DNA of 64,000 nucleotides from assembly GCA_951406725.2 (NCBI GenBank), contig OX597822.1, forward strand, positions 64,108,001 through 64,172,000, in the 5' to 3' direction. How positions within the stretch are numbered: the stretch's first letter is position 1; each line of letters opens with the position of its first letter. Below the pieces are notes generated by a model. It did no database searches and had not been told where the DNA came from. It saw only the letters and a program-made list of their open reading frames with translations. Below are positions 1-13,300 of the stretch, in pieces. Source of the stretch: Octopus vulgaris. Taxonomy: Eukaryota. The position numbers and the translations under genes were made by a program.

Positions 1-240
1 CTTGAAAAATATTAACCGAACAAAAAATCACCCAGCATGAAAGACTATTTCTCCAACGAGGAATCATCTAAATTTTGCTGAACGGCTTCCGCTTCGTAGA
101 CTCAAGGCTAGTATCTTTATTTTCATATCTGTTTCACTTCATTTTATCTTTAAAAATCTATATTTAATGCTATGTACAGCATTGAAAAATTAACTCTCAT
201 TTAAATTTCCTAATGGTAGAGATATAATCCTCCATAAATG

Positions 241-288
241 TATACTGATGAGATATACTGATGAGATATATGTAGAAACGCGTCTGCA
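241..288 (+). ncRNA. Degenerate minimal hammerhead ribozyme-like motif (Penelope pLTR type)
   Basis: CTGATGA at 245 and 258 (13-bp duplication), GAAA 275-278, palindromic CGCG, then TC (GUC site); stems I and II weak. Confidence 0.5.
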
Positions 289-571
289 GATGATGGAAAG
301 GAAACTTAAATGTGCTCACAATATAGAATAATGGTTAATTTTAAGAGGGTACTAATTTTCGAATTCTGTACTTTACAATGGACATGACAATTACGAATCC
401 GAAAAGAAAAGAAGGAACAGCCATGCAATCGGAAGGGAATGAAAAAAAGGGTCCTGATGTGAGTGAATGATATAACAATACTCTCTGCCCCCCTCTCTAT
501 CTCTCCATACATGCATGCATACATTATTTATATCATATGTGTGCATACATACATACATTATTTATATCATA

Positions 572-602
<31 letters not shown>

Positions 603-1098
603 TTATATATATATATGAATATATCATATATGTGTATATATGTATAGACACGTGCACACACACGTATATATATATATACACACACACTTGCACGCATTGA
701 TCTGTGTGTGTATATCTATATAGATAGATATACAGCTATAGATAGATATACAGATATAGATAGATATACGTATATTACAAATGTCACAGCGACGTTCTAC
801 TTTCTGTTTAATGTTGGATCATAGTAAAAGTCACTGCAAGTCACTTATATATAAAAGGAAAAAAAAAAAGTATGAAAGTAACTAATGACATTTAGATTAT
901 ATTTCAAACGCATACCACATACATCTGTGTATATATGGGACCAAGCTTGCGTACATTTACATGTGTATTGTCCTCTGAAAGAACGCTCATAACAAGACAG
1001 TGAGAAAACACGACGGGGTGAACGAGTAATGTCGAACGAATATGTTTGTGTATATATATATATATATATGCATACATATATATATATATATACATATA

Positions 1099-1248
1099 GG
1101 CGCAGGAGTGGCTGTGTGGTGAGTACCGAGCACATGGTTCCGGGTTCGTTCCCACTGCGTGGCACCTTGGGCAAGTGTCTTCTACTACAGCCTCGGGCCG
1201 ATCAAAGCCTTGTGAGTGGATTTGGTAGACGGAAAGAAGCCCCTCGTA

Positions 1249-1337
<89 letters not shown>

Positions 1338-1360
1338 TTGTGTGTCCAAGTTCGTCCCCC
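1099..1360 (+). mobile_element. tRNA-derived SINE, family A (5' part plus internal microsatellite)
   Basis: Box A TGGCTGTGTGG, box B GGTTCGTTCC, body ggcaccttgggcaagtgtcttctac... shared with 8815, 24435, 42267, 62695. Confidence 0.85.
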
Positions 1361-1397
1361 AGCATGGGGTCCATTGTTGGGTCCCCCAACAAGGAAC

Positions 1398-1548
1398 TAA
1401 GTCGATTACATCGACCCCAGTGCGTAACTGGTACTCAATCGATCCCGAAAGTATGAAAGGCAAAGTCGACCTCGGCGGAATTTCAACTCAGACGAAATAC
1501 TGTTAAGCATTTCGCCCGGCGTGCTAACGATCCTGCCAGCTCGCCGCC
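1398..1548 (-). mobile_element. SINE family B
   Basis: Reverse complement of ggcggcgagctggcag...gaggtcgactttgcctttcat...gtaccagttacgcactggggtcgat, present in about 20 copies in the window. Confidence 0.85.
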
Positions 1549-1602
1549 ATGTATTGCGTTGTAATCCCATCATGACGATCGCACGGGTTCACGTGACTCT
1601 CT

Positions 1603-2177
1603 GTCGCTACCCAATTCTAGTTTTCATATTTGAATTGGGAGCTTGATTCATAATGAATCTTTCATTAGCTAATTGCACAACCATGGACGCTGCCCTTATG
1701 GATGTGTCGTAATTACTCTCGATAGAGTTTGCTAATCCTGACCGTTGATCTAAGTTTTCTCCGCTCAACGTCAATGTAAGAAACACGGTTGTCTGAGTTG
1801 AGCTCTTCTGCTGCGTCTAACACAATCCGCCATACTACCATCGCATGACTTCGCCGTATCCTTGGTAGGGTAGCTGAACGGCTGCTATCAGTCGCTACCC
1901 AATTCTAGTATTCATATTTGAATCGGGAGCTCGAATCATAATGAATCTTTCGTTAGCTGATTAGACAACCATGGACACTGCTCCTATGGATGCGTTGCAG
2001 TTACACTCTGATAGAGTTTAGGGACCCTGACCGTTGATCTTTTAGGATTCCTCCGTTCAGCATCAATGTAAGAAACACCGTTGGCTCAAGCTCTTCCGCT
2101 GCCACTTCACAATCCGCCATGCTGCAATTCCATGACTTCACCGCAACACTCGCAGGATGGTTGAACGGGTGCTATTC
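1603..2177. repeat. Diverged tandem dimer, unit about 288 bp
   Basis: gtcgctacccaattctag starts at 1603 and 1891; collinear similarity throughout both units. Confidence 0.85.
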
Positions 2178-2551
2178 CTTACCATAAGACAATCTGCAAA
2201 TATGCAGTCCATAGTCGTCGATCCGTGGGGTAATTCCAAAATTCTCGCATACCCTATTATGCTGTATAGGCCAATATAATATAGTTTAGCGTGGTATAGT
2301 GTTGTGCAGTTTAGCGTAACATAACAAAGGCTACTATAGTGTGGCATAAAAAATGTTATGTAATGTAGCATATCATAATAAGATTTTATGAAGTGTAGCA
2401 TAACAAAAGTTTTATGTAATGAAGTGCAACAATTTTCTAAAGTGAATACAACACAATGTAGGTCATTCTACTACGCACATGCGACTGGAATGTCGCAGGA
2501 AAGAATCGCAAGACTGATTTTTTAAACCCAGCCAAGCTCTTCCTCTTTTAT

Positions 2552-2715
2552 CTTCTTCTTCTTCTTCTTCTTCTTCTTCTTCTTTCTTCTTCTTCTTCTT
2601 CTTCTTCTTCTTCTTCTTCTCCCCTTACTCTTCTTCTTCTTCTTCTTCTTCTTCTTCTTCTTCTTCTTCTTCTTCTTCTTCTTCTTCTTCTTCTTCTTCT
2701 TCTTCTTCTTCTTCC
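2552..2715. repeat. (CTT)n microsatellite
   Basis: Directly visible. Confidence 0.98.
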
Positions 2716-2989
2716 AGGTAGATCAAGGGCCAGTTGGCTGGATAAAAATCCATAGTCTCAGCTGCTCACGCTCCGGAATCCAGCCGTAAACTGTAATGGC
2801 GGTTGCTTCTGGTGGGGCCCTATAGACGAAGTGCCTGAGGACTCTATCCCCACAACCCTCCCAGGGATAGTGGGCAGGGAAGTTAGATGGATGAATCATG
2901 GAGTAGTGTGGGGAAAAGTTGTTGCTATGACGGAGAAAGCGCTTCGTGATATTTATTCCGGCTTATTATGCTCTAAGTTCAATAGTCAC

Positions 2990-3785
2990 CGAAGTCGATT
3001 TTACCTGTTAACCTTTTGGGGTCGATGAAATAAGTACCAGTTGAGCACTGGGGGGGAGGCAGTGTAATAGATTTCTGTCTCCCCTAAAAATCTTTGGCCT
3101 TATGCCAAAGTTAGAAAGGAATAATATAAACATAAGCGGCGAGCTGGTCGATTTGGTCTTTCGTCCCTTCGTGGTCGATAAAATAAGTACCAGTTGAGCA
3201 CTGGGGTCGATGTAATCGACTTAGTCCCTCCCCTGAAATTTCTGGCCTTGAGCCAAAATCTGATAGCAGTGTAGCCCTTGAACTTACAGTGACCTATATT
3301 TATATTTATTTCTTAATTGCCTACAGAGGGCTAAACATAGAGGAGAGAAACAAGGACAGACAAAGGGATTAAATCGGTTACATTGATCCCAGTACGCAAC
3401 TGGTACTTATTTAATCGACCCCGAAAGGATGAAAGGTAAAACGTTAGCACGCCGGGCGAAATGCGTAGCCGTATTTCGTCTGCCGTTACGTTTTGAGTTC
3501 AAATTCCGCCGAGGTCGACTTTGCCTTTCATCCTTTCGGGGTCGATTAAATAAGTACCAGTTATGCACTGCGGTCGATATAATCGACTTGATCCCTTTGT
3601 CTGTCCTTGTTTGTCCCCTCTATGTTTAGCCCATTGTGGGCAATAAAGAAATAAGAAACGTTAGCACGCCGGGCGAAATACTTAGCAGTATTTCGTCCGT
3701 CTTTACGTTCTGCGTTCAAATTCCGCCGAGGTCGATTTTACCTTTCATCCTTTCGGGGTCGATTAAATAAGTACCAGTTGCGTAC
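2990..3785. mobile_element. Cluster of five SINE family B copies or fragments, mixed orientation
   Basis: Plus copies at ~2990, ~3135, 3439, 3655; minus copy 3305-3438; all carry the cctttcggggtcgat...aagtaccag core. Confidence 0.8.
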
Positions 3786-3863
3786 TTGGGGAAATTTCGA
3801 ACCTGGGTTCTCATTTCTAAGGTATTTTTCGATATTATTATTATTATTGAGCTGAATAATAAA

Positions 3864-3925
<62 letters not shown>

Positions 3926-4060
3926 CAACAACAACAACACCGAAAAATACTTTAGGAATAAGAACCCAGGTTCGAAATTTCCCCAAGACACCTGATGAAG
4001 GCTGGAGGGTATATTAGCCGAAACGTTGTGTTAACAACAAAGATGAGGACAAATATCCGT
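3785..4060 (+). mobile_element. Hammerhead-bearing non-coding retroelement with inverted 5' extension (same family as 48045-48352)
   Basis: Inverted arms 3785-3831 and 3941-3987 around (AAT)n; downstream body matches the reverse complement of 48075-48197. Confidence 0.8.
3987..4032 (+). ncRNA. Minimal type I hammerhead ribozyme
   Basis: gacac-CTGATGA-a-ggctg...tagcc-GAAA-cg-TT-gtgtt: stem I gacac/gtgtt, stem II ggctg/tagcc, palindromic ACGT stem III, GUU site. Confidence 0.8.
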
Positions 4061-4111
4061 ATATACATACATACATACATACCTACACACACATACATAC
4101 ATACACATATA

Positions 4112-4176
<65 letters not shown>

Positions 4177-4224
4177 GTATATAATAATATAAATAATATA
4201 TAAATATATGCATATATACATATA

Positions 4225-4281
<57 letters not shown>

Positions 4282-4283
4282 GC

Positions 4284-4909
4284 ATATATGGGTACTGGGC
4301 ATTAAAAAACGTTGAACACAATGAGAAACGAAAACATAAACACAAAAACATAGAAACAAAGTTTTTTTTTAAACAATGAAAAAAACAGAGAAACGTGACA
4401 TACAACATAAGGAATATTCTCCTTCTTCAGCTGTCCCTGTTTCATCTACTCCGCGTTCGAAGGTAAGGACAAGACGCGACTTTATTGAAACAGTCCTTCC
4501 CGCAAAGCAAACTAAATAAAATTTAGGATTTTTTGCAGATGATGAAAGTGGTAACAAGAACAGGACAGTGAGAACAAAACAGTAAAAACAAACGATGAGG
4601 GCTGTTAAGTCAAGACAATGGAAAAATTATTCTGAACGCTTTAGGAGACAGCTTATGAAGAGACAGGATAAGCTGGTTTGGTCTTTGCGAAGGTGGTAGT
4701 CGAAAAGATGACTTCCCTCTGATCAAGTGTCAGCGACGAGAGAGTCGAGGAGGAGGAGGAGTAAGAGAGAGGGAACGGTGAAGGGGAGAGGAGAAGAATA
4801 GAGAAGGGTGGGAGAGAAAAACAGAAAGGATGAAGAACAAGAGAAGGAGAGAGATAGACAGAGAAGAGATAGTGAGTGCGCATCGTAATTATTAAGATAA
4901 AACTTACTT

Positions 4910-4911
<2 letters not shown>
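4284..4911 (-). mobile_element. (TA)n-embedded non-coding repeat, family E
   Basis: Shares caggacagtga and agtgcg...gataaaacttacttgg blocks with 11028-11680; flanked by (TA)n on both sides. Confidence 0.6.
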
Positions 4912-4981
<70 letters not shown>

Positions 4982-5518
4982 GAATATATATAGAGATAGA
5001 TAGATAGATAAATGTAATATACTTCATACAAACATACGTTCGTGCTAAGTCATAAATTTAACGTGCAATTTTAAATATAAAATTATTTAAAATTTAATTC
5101 TATATATGATAGCATTAAGCTGTAAAGAACATTTAGAAACCTGATGTATCTGTTTTATCGCCAACAATATAAAAAAAAAAAAAAATTTTTCATTAATTTA
5201 AAAAGGTAAATAGTTACTTTAAACTTATTTTTATGTGGACATGTAATGACTAGTGTTTGCTTAACTAAACTTAAGTTCTAAAGATGAATTGCCGACTGAG
5301 ATTACTAATGTGAATCGGGATATAACTAAAAATCAGCCGCAAGCATATTTCGACAGCAACATAATCACATCACAGTGTGTGTGTGTATATATATATATAT
5401 ATTCATTTATATTTATACATATAAGTAATTTTGGTGGCCATATTGGAAATTCAAAATAAGTATGAATTTATTTTAAAATGTAGTAAATATATTTTTATAT
5501 GTTTTTCACAGGTGAATC

Positions 5519-5577
<59 letters not shown>

Positions 5578-6007
5578 TTGCGCAACTAGATTGATATGAA
5601 TTTAAAATTGCACAAACGCTTTATCATAACGCTTTATATTAATGCTATGTTAGAGTTACTCTCTGTACCTACGCAATGTTGTGTATTTATGTATGTTATA
5701 TACGTACTTGATAAATGGGCGGATGGATGGAAGGATGGATATACCAATGTTAAATGCCTGTGTAAGAATATGTGTATGTACATACACATAGACACACATA
5801 CTCGCGTACCGATGCATACAAACACACACACACACACGTATAAGTATGAGGATTGTTTTCATGCGAAGCTATACATGAAAGTAATTTAACATTAACCTGA
5901 AGTATCACTCAATACATTTTAAAAGTAGAGTACATATTAATAATTTCTACGCAGGAAGTTTTGATGTTGACTTCGAAATTTCGGTTTGCCAGGCAACATC
6001 ATTCGCT

Positions 6008-6186
6008 GTGTGCGTATGTATGTATGTATGTATGTATGTATGTATGTATGTATGTATGTATGTATGTATGTATGTATGTATGTATGTATGTGTATGTATG
6101 TATGTATGTATGTATGTATGTATGTATGTATGTATGTATGTATGTATGTATGTATGTATGTATGTATGTATGTATGTATGTATGTA

Positions 6187-6217
<31 letters not shown>

Positions 6218-6480
6218 ATGTATGTATGTATGTGTGTATGTATGTATGTATGTGTGTGTATATGTATGTATGTGTGTATATGTGTGTGTGTGCGTATGTA
6301 TGTAGGTATGCATGTATGTGTGTATATATATGTCTGTCTGTATATATTTGCATGTGTATATATGTATGTATGTATATTTGTATGTATGTGTATATGCATG
6401 TGTGCGCGCGCATGTATGTATGTAGGTATGCACGTATATATGTGTGTGTATGTATGTATGTATGTATGTATGTATGTATG

Positions 6481-6514
<34 letters not shown>

Positions 6515-7020
6515 TGTATGTATGTGTGTGTATGTGTGTGTGTATGTCTGTGTGTGTGTCTATCTGTATGTGTCTGTATGTATATATGTGCATGTGTAAG
6601 TATGTATGTATATATGTACATGTGTAAGTATGCGTGTAAGTATGTATGAGTACGTAAACATGTTAGTATGTCTATATGTTAGTATGTATATATGTATGCA
6701 TGTATGTATATTAGAATGTATGTGTGTGTATATGTATGTTAATATGTATATGTGTATGTAAGTATGTATTCAGACATGTATGCTTGTAAGTGTGAATGTT
6801 AGTCCGTTTGTGTGTACGCGTGTATGTATGTATGTATGTATGTATGTATGTATGTATGTATGTATGTATGTATGTATGTATGTATGTATGTATGTATGTA
6901 TGTTTGTATGGATGTATGCGTGTGTGTATGTATGTATGTATGTGTGTATGTATGTATGTTTGTACGTATGTGTGAAATATGCTTGTATGTATGTTAGTAT
7001 GTGTGTATATTAGTATTTAC

Positions 7021-7053
<33 letters not shown>

Positions 7054-7092
7054 TGTATGTATGTATGTATGTATGTATGTATGTATGTATGT
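6008..7092. repeat. Compound (TATG)n/(TG)n microsatellite field
   Basis: Directly visible; source of the MYVC/HTYI pseudo-ORFs. Confidence 0.98.
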
Positions 7093-7326
7093 GCATACAT
7101 ATCGATTTCTACTCATTTTGAATGTGGTGAAGGCACAGTCGATTTTATCGACACCAATACCAGATTGGTACTTTATGTTATCGATCTATCGATTTCGGCA
7201 TAATGAAAGGCAAACCGAATCCTGACGGATTTCAAATCTGAACGTAAAGAGATGTAACAAAATACCGCCAGGCATTTTGTTCGACGCTCCACTACATTTT
7301 GTAGTTCACTTATCGATCATATAAAT

Positions 7327-7575
7327 CATTGCTTCCCAACCTGGGTTCATACGACCTTAAAGGTCCACATATGATCTTTGTTGTTAAAATCTGTGTAATA
7401 AATTGATTTAAATTTCTACAATATACAAAATAATTTTATAGTTTTTTAAAGACGATTCCTTATAAAATTTAATTATAAAAATACAACAGGGATTTTATAA
7501 ACATCGAATATTTATGAGGGCTCAGTAACGTAAAACAGGAATCAAAGGTGGGGCATAGGCAAAACGCGGTTGAGT
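7327..7575. mobile_element. Degenerate hAT (Charlie-like) MITE
   Basis: Left end cattgcttcccaacctggg; right end ...aaaacgcggttgag is cut by the adjacent LINE tail. Confidence 0.45.
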
Positions 7576-7955
7576 CTTCTTAGGCCTCCGTCGGTCATGG
7601 CTGACCATGGATGATGTCATCCGTCCGTTGAGTTGTCTATTCAGTTTTTGCAACGCCTCCTGTGGTTGTAGAGACCGATGCGAGAGTGGCAGTCTCGTTT
7701 GCAGAGGTCGTACCTATACGTTGAATCCGTTGACTCATTTCTTTTCTGCTGGCTCGGTTTTCAGCTGCCGCCACCCTCAAATACTCTTCGCCAGGGTCTG
7801 CAGTTGTTTGTGAAGAGTGCCTCTCCAGCTGGTTCGGTCGACTGCGAGATCCTCCCAGGAATTGGTGTTGATGCCAAGTGCCTTCATATCCCTCCTGCAC
7901 ACGTCCCTGAACCCCAGCTTCGGGCGGCCAATGTTTCTTCGCCCCGAGTACCACT
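7576..7955 (-). pseudogene. RTE-clade LINE 3' fragment
   Basis: Minus frames give GRPKLGFRDVCRRDMKALGINTNSWEDLAVDRTSWR and the C-terminal finger LCKRDCHSRIGLYNHRRRC; frameshifted; short 3' UTR. Confidence 0.85.
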
Positions 7956-8207
7956 GATATAAATGAATATACGTCGTTTAGTGGCACGGATGTGATCAGT
8001 TCTAGAAGAGGACTATGCGTTGTGCCTATGAGCAAAACAATCAGTTTCACATTGCAGTCGTCCACTAATCTGCAATCGAGTACCAGCGATTAGCAGGAGG
8101 AGATAACTCTGTAACGAACAGCCCAACCCTCTTCAGGTAAGGTCGGTTGCGAGGACAGTGTTATATCTTCGGTCGTTGCTTAAACTGCGGTATATTACCA
8201 TATTAGA

Positions 8208-8525
8208 TGTGAAGGCGCGTGGGTTTAGAGGTTCGGTATTCGGCTCGCGATCGTGAGTTCGATTCCCAGCGGCGCGCTGTGCTTGGAGCAAGATACTTTT
8301 ATTTTACGTTGCTTCAGTCTACACAACGAGCAAAAACGAGTAGTACCTGCAATTCAAAAGGGCAGCCTTGTCGCATTCTGCGTCACGTGGACTCACTTTG
8401 AGAACTACGTTAAGGGTACGCGTGTCTGTGGAGTGCTCGGCCACTTGCACATTAATTTTAGGAACAGACTGTTTCCGTTGATTGGCTAAATTTGAACCCT
8501 CGTCGTCGTAACCTACGAAGTGCCA
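8208..8525 (+). mobile_element. tRNA-derived SINE, family C
   Basis: Box B GAGTTCGATTCC; collinear with 31615-31938. Confidence 0.85.
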
Positions 8526-8814
8526 GGTCATATTATATGGTCATATATATAATGCACAGGCCTATTAGTTGCAACCCAATTTCAGTTTATATTCGGGGAA
8601 AATGCTTTTAGGGAATTAAAGCTTATGGGTGACTTAACTACGCACATAGGAGACGATGTAATTTTTAAGACATTTCTTTTTGTAAAAAAAAAAAAAAATG
8701 CGCGTTATACGTCATCAAAGAGCCGGAAGAAATGCCGCTAAGCATTTTGTTCGGGATTCTGATGATTCTGCAAGCTCTCCGCCTTATAAGCAAATACTAA
8801 TTAGAAAAAGCATT

Positions 8815-9000
8815 GGAGTGGCTGTGTGGTAAGTAGCTTGCTTACGAACCAAATGGTTCCGGGTTCAGTCCCACTGCGTGGCACCTTCGGCAAATGCCTT
8901 CTACTATAGCCACGGGCTGACCAAAGCCTTGTGAGTGGATTTGGTAGACGGAAACTAAAAGAAGCACGTCGTATATATGTATATATATATACACATATAT

Positions 9001-9057
<57 letters not shown>

Positions 9058-9283
9058 ATGTTTGTGTGTCTGTGTTTGTCCCCCATGAGCGCTTGACAAT
9101 CGATGCTGGTGTGTTTACGTTCCCGTAACTTAGCGGTTCGGCAAATAAGACCGATAGAATAAGTACTAGGCTTACAAAGAATAAGTCCTGGGGTCGATTT
9201 GCTCGACTAAAGGCGGTGTCCCAGCATGGCCACTGTCAAATGACTGAAACAAGTAAAAGAGTAAAAGAGTAAATGAGTAAAGA
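8815..9283 (+). mobile_element. SINE family A, near full length
   Basis: tRNA-like head, internal (TA)n(TG)n, 3' half ending in (gtaaaaga)n tail. Confidence 0.9.
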
Positions 9284-9724
9284 GTGGGGTCCGATGTACT
9301 GTGCTAAAACTATTCCCCTGATATTGCTGGCCCTTGTACAAAAACTTGAAAGAGTTATCTATTATATCTTACATGATGTGAAATGAAAGCTTCAACTGGG
9401 GATTAAAACATGGCGGATTCTCGGTTTGTTAAGAGCTTTACTTTTTGTTTCACAACGTTCGACGGGGATATAAACCTTCCACTTGGCACCGCGTGTTAAG
9501 ACAAGGATTTCTGAAGTCCAACTACTGCTATTTCTGCTACCGATGGTTCTGTTACTACTGATAATGCTGCAGTTGCTGCTGCTTCTCTGCTTCGTGCTAT
9601 AGCTGTAGTGTCGCTACTCTTTCATTAGCTCTCTATTGTGTAACTGTATTGCTGCTACTATTACTACTACTGCTGCTGCTGCTGTTACAAATGCAGCTGT
9701 ACAAGCGAGATCAGATAGCTTCCG

Positions 9725-9763
<39 letters not shown>

Positions 9764-10020
9764 TTTTGTTACTTGTTTGTATATAAGAGTGTGTGTGCAT
9801 GTGTGTATGTGAGTGTGTGATTGTGTGATTATGTGTGTGTGGTGTGTTTAGTGTGTGTGTGCTGTGTGTGTCTCTATGTCTGTGTGTTCGATTTAAAACG
9901 CAACTGCTCCAAGAAATTTTTCATTAGCACGGAATTGGCGAGATGTCAAAAGCTGGAGATTATAGGCACCCACTGTAGAGGAGATCTATGTGTGTGTATG
10001 TGTGTGTGTGTGCGCGCGCG

Positions 10021-10068
<48 letters not shown>

Positions 10069-10284
10069 CGTGCGTGTGCGTGTGTTACGCTCAAAAACCT
10101 GGATTCGAACTCAGAACATAAAAAGACGAATTTAAATGGAGTAATACATTTTATCAGACGGGTCGTCAATTCACACACATACACAAAAATATAAAGATGT
10201 AATGATGCATTTGTGCGAGTAGGTTTTGGGGTTATGTGTGTATGTATACATAATATACATACATACCTACCCATACACACACAC

Positions 10285-10327
<43 letters not shown>

Positions 10328-10331
<4 letters not shown>

Positions 10332-10540
10332 ATCCAAACATGAGCAAAGAGAAAACACAACAGCGCGAGGACCTGGAACAAGTATAGTGTTATTGGACGC
10401 TCAGGAAAGGAAAGAAAGAAGGAGGATTTAACAACGTTTCGAGCGGAGCTCTTCGTCAGAAATGTAAAAGAAAGGAAAAGTGCAAGGACGGGGAGACAGA
10501 GAGAAAAAAATCACCAACGATACACACTCGGCCACATATT
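10328..10540 (-). mobile_element. Short (TA)n-embedded hammerhead element, family G (solo pLTR-like)
   Basis: Shares acgctcaggaa and cgtttcgagc...gctcttc..cagaaa with copies at 44.8, 48.9 and 57.0 kb. Confidence 0.7.
10426..10463 (-). ncRNA. Minimal hammerhead ribozyme
   Basis: Minus strand: attt-CTGACGA-a-gagc-tcc-gctc-GAAA-c-gtt-g-TT-aaat. Confidence 0.7.
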
Positions 10541-10549
10541 GAATGTGTG

Positions 10550-10607
<58 letters not shown>

Positions 10608-10710
10608 CATACATACTTGGAAGAGGATGCGTGGTGTTCAATCATATAATATATAAATAATATATATCTGTATATACATATATACATTCGTATATGTACA
10701 TACTTACATC

Positions 10711-10757
<47 letters not shown>

Positions 10758-10900
10758 TTATATATACATACATATATATATATACATTTATATATATATA
10801 ATATGTATATATATACTTTATATATATATAATGTATATATATATACATATATATATATGTATATATATATACATATATATATATGCATACATACATACAT

Positions 10901-11680
<780 letters not shown>

Positions 11681-11690
11681 TATATATATA

Positions 11691-11774
<84 letters not shown>

Positions 11775-11779
<5 letters not shown>

Positions 11780-12340
11780 GATCGCCTTAAAGCCTTGAAA
11801 CATTACTCCCTCCAGCGTCGCCGTGAGCGGTACATCATTTGTACGATGTGGAAAATATACCGCCAACTTTGCCCAAACGACCTAAACATTAGCTTCAATG
11901 TTCATCCAAGACTTGGACCACGGGCTATACGTCCCCTGCCAAATTCAAGATCACAACATACATGTACACTGCAACATAATTTCTTTTCCTCAACAGGCCC
12001 TGCCCTATTTAACATTGTCCCGAGGGAGATCAAAGAGGAAAAGGATCCCATCAACTTTAAACAGAGTCTGGATAGATTCCTTCAAAGAATACCAGATAAG
12101 CCACCCATAATTGGATACAACTCACCCAACAAGAACTCACTACTTGAACAAAACTGGATACAACTCACCCAGCAAGAACTCACTACTTGAACAAAACTTG
12201 ACTTAAACAAAACTCGACTTAAACAAAACTTGACTTAAACAGGATTCGAATAATCCTATCAGGTGGTGCTATTAAGTTAGACATGGCCTGGACCAATCTT
12301 TGGTCGAAACATATCTAAGTTTATCTAAGTCTAAGTTTAT
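11775..12340 (+). pseudogene. CR1/L2-group LINE 3' end
   Basis: YWDRLKALKHYSLQRRRERY...FKQSLDRFLQRIPDKP is a typical ORF2 C-terminus; tandem-repeat 3' UTR and tctaag tail. Confidence 0.8.
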
Positions 12341-12670
12341 ATATATATATACGTATAGATGTAAGTATGTACATATACGTTTGTATATATGCATATATAG
12401 ATATATATTATTTATATTATTATATACATACATATTTATACGCTCACACATATCACCCACAATTTCCATCAACCAAATTTCAAGGCTATATGATAAAATG
12501 ACACATGCTCAAGGTGCCTCACACTGGAACCGAACTCAGAATCACGAAGGTGTGAAACAAACTACTTAATCACACAGCCATATCAACAGGATCCATAAGA
12601 GTCTAAGTTCAGTTTCGTGTGTAAATATATATCATACAGACAAATAAAAACATTCTTTTTCCTCTCTCTC

Positions 12671-12743
<73 letters not shown>

Positions 12744-12874
12744 TTGTCTGTCTGTCTGTCTGTCTGTACCTGTGTGGGTGTGTGCGTGTGCCTGTATGTG
12801 CATGCCAAGCACTCATCTCTCATTCAGTTTCGGTTTTGCTCTAGTGTTTCATTGTACACAGTAAATCTTCCGTC

Positions 12875-13040
12875 TGTTTCGACGATGATCATTCAGTCGA
12901 TCGATCTCCTGAAAATCCGATTCATTAAATTTAACGTGTAAATTGCCGAATATTCAACACGGACATGTGTGCACTTAACTTAATTCTGCCCACCCCAAAC
13001 CTAACGAGTGTAACACAAGGTTGACCCTTTGAAATACGAA
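12875..13040 (-). mobile_element. Old SINE family C 3' fragment
   Basis: Degenerate reverse complement of the 3' part of 8208-8525. Confidence 0.5.
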
Positions 13041-13094
13041 TATAATCTCTCTGATAGGTTTCCACACAGTTTCCATCATTCTAATTTCACTCAA

Positions 13095-13300
13095 AATGTT
13101 TATGGTGAAGGTTAAAGTAACATCTAAAAAATTAAAGTGAGGTAATAAGTGTATTTCCCTAAATGGTTTTATGAGATCTTTCTTAAATCTACCTAGTTCG
13201 TGTTTATTCATATTGCACAAAATACCATCGTCTCGGTAAAGTCCTCCTATTGTTGTAGCAAATCTATTATGCAAAAGATCTTGCATATAAATGATTTCGC
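13095..13300 (-). pseudogene. Penelope-like (Naiad-type) RT fragment
   Basis: GGLYRDDG...FKKDLIK.F...NFLDVTL. The AT-rich 13.3-14.4 kb stretch may be the further decayed 5' part. Confidence 0.75.

Noticed and set aside
845-1174. Recurrent peptide MPKVPRSG.EPGTM (also 24226, 42118, 62597)
   Set aside because: Antisense translation of the family A SINE head.
12112-12245. Short direct repeats resembling a CRISPR-like array
   Set aside because: Adjacent 43-bp and 16-bp tandem repeats without unique spacers, in a LINE 3' end; eukaryotic context.
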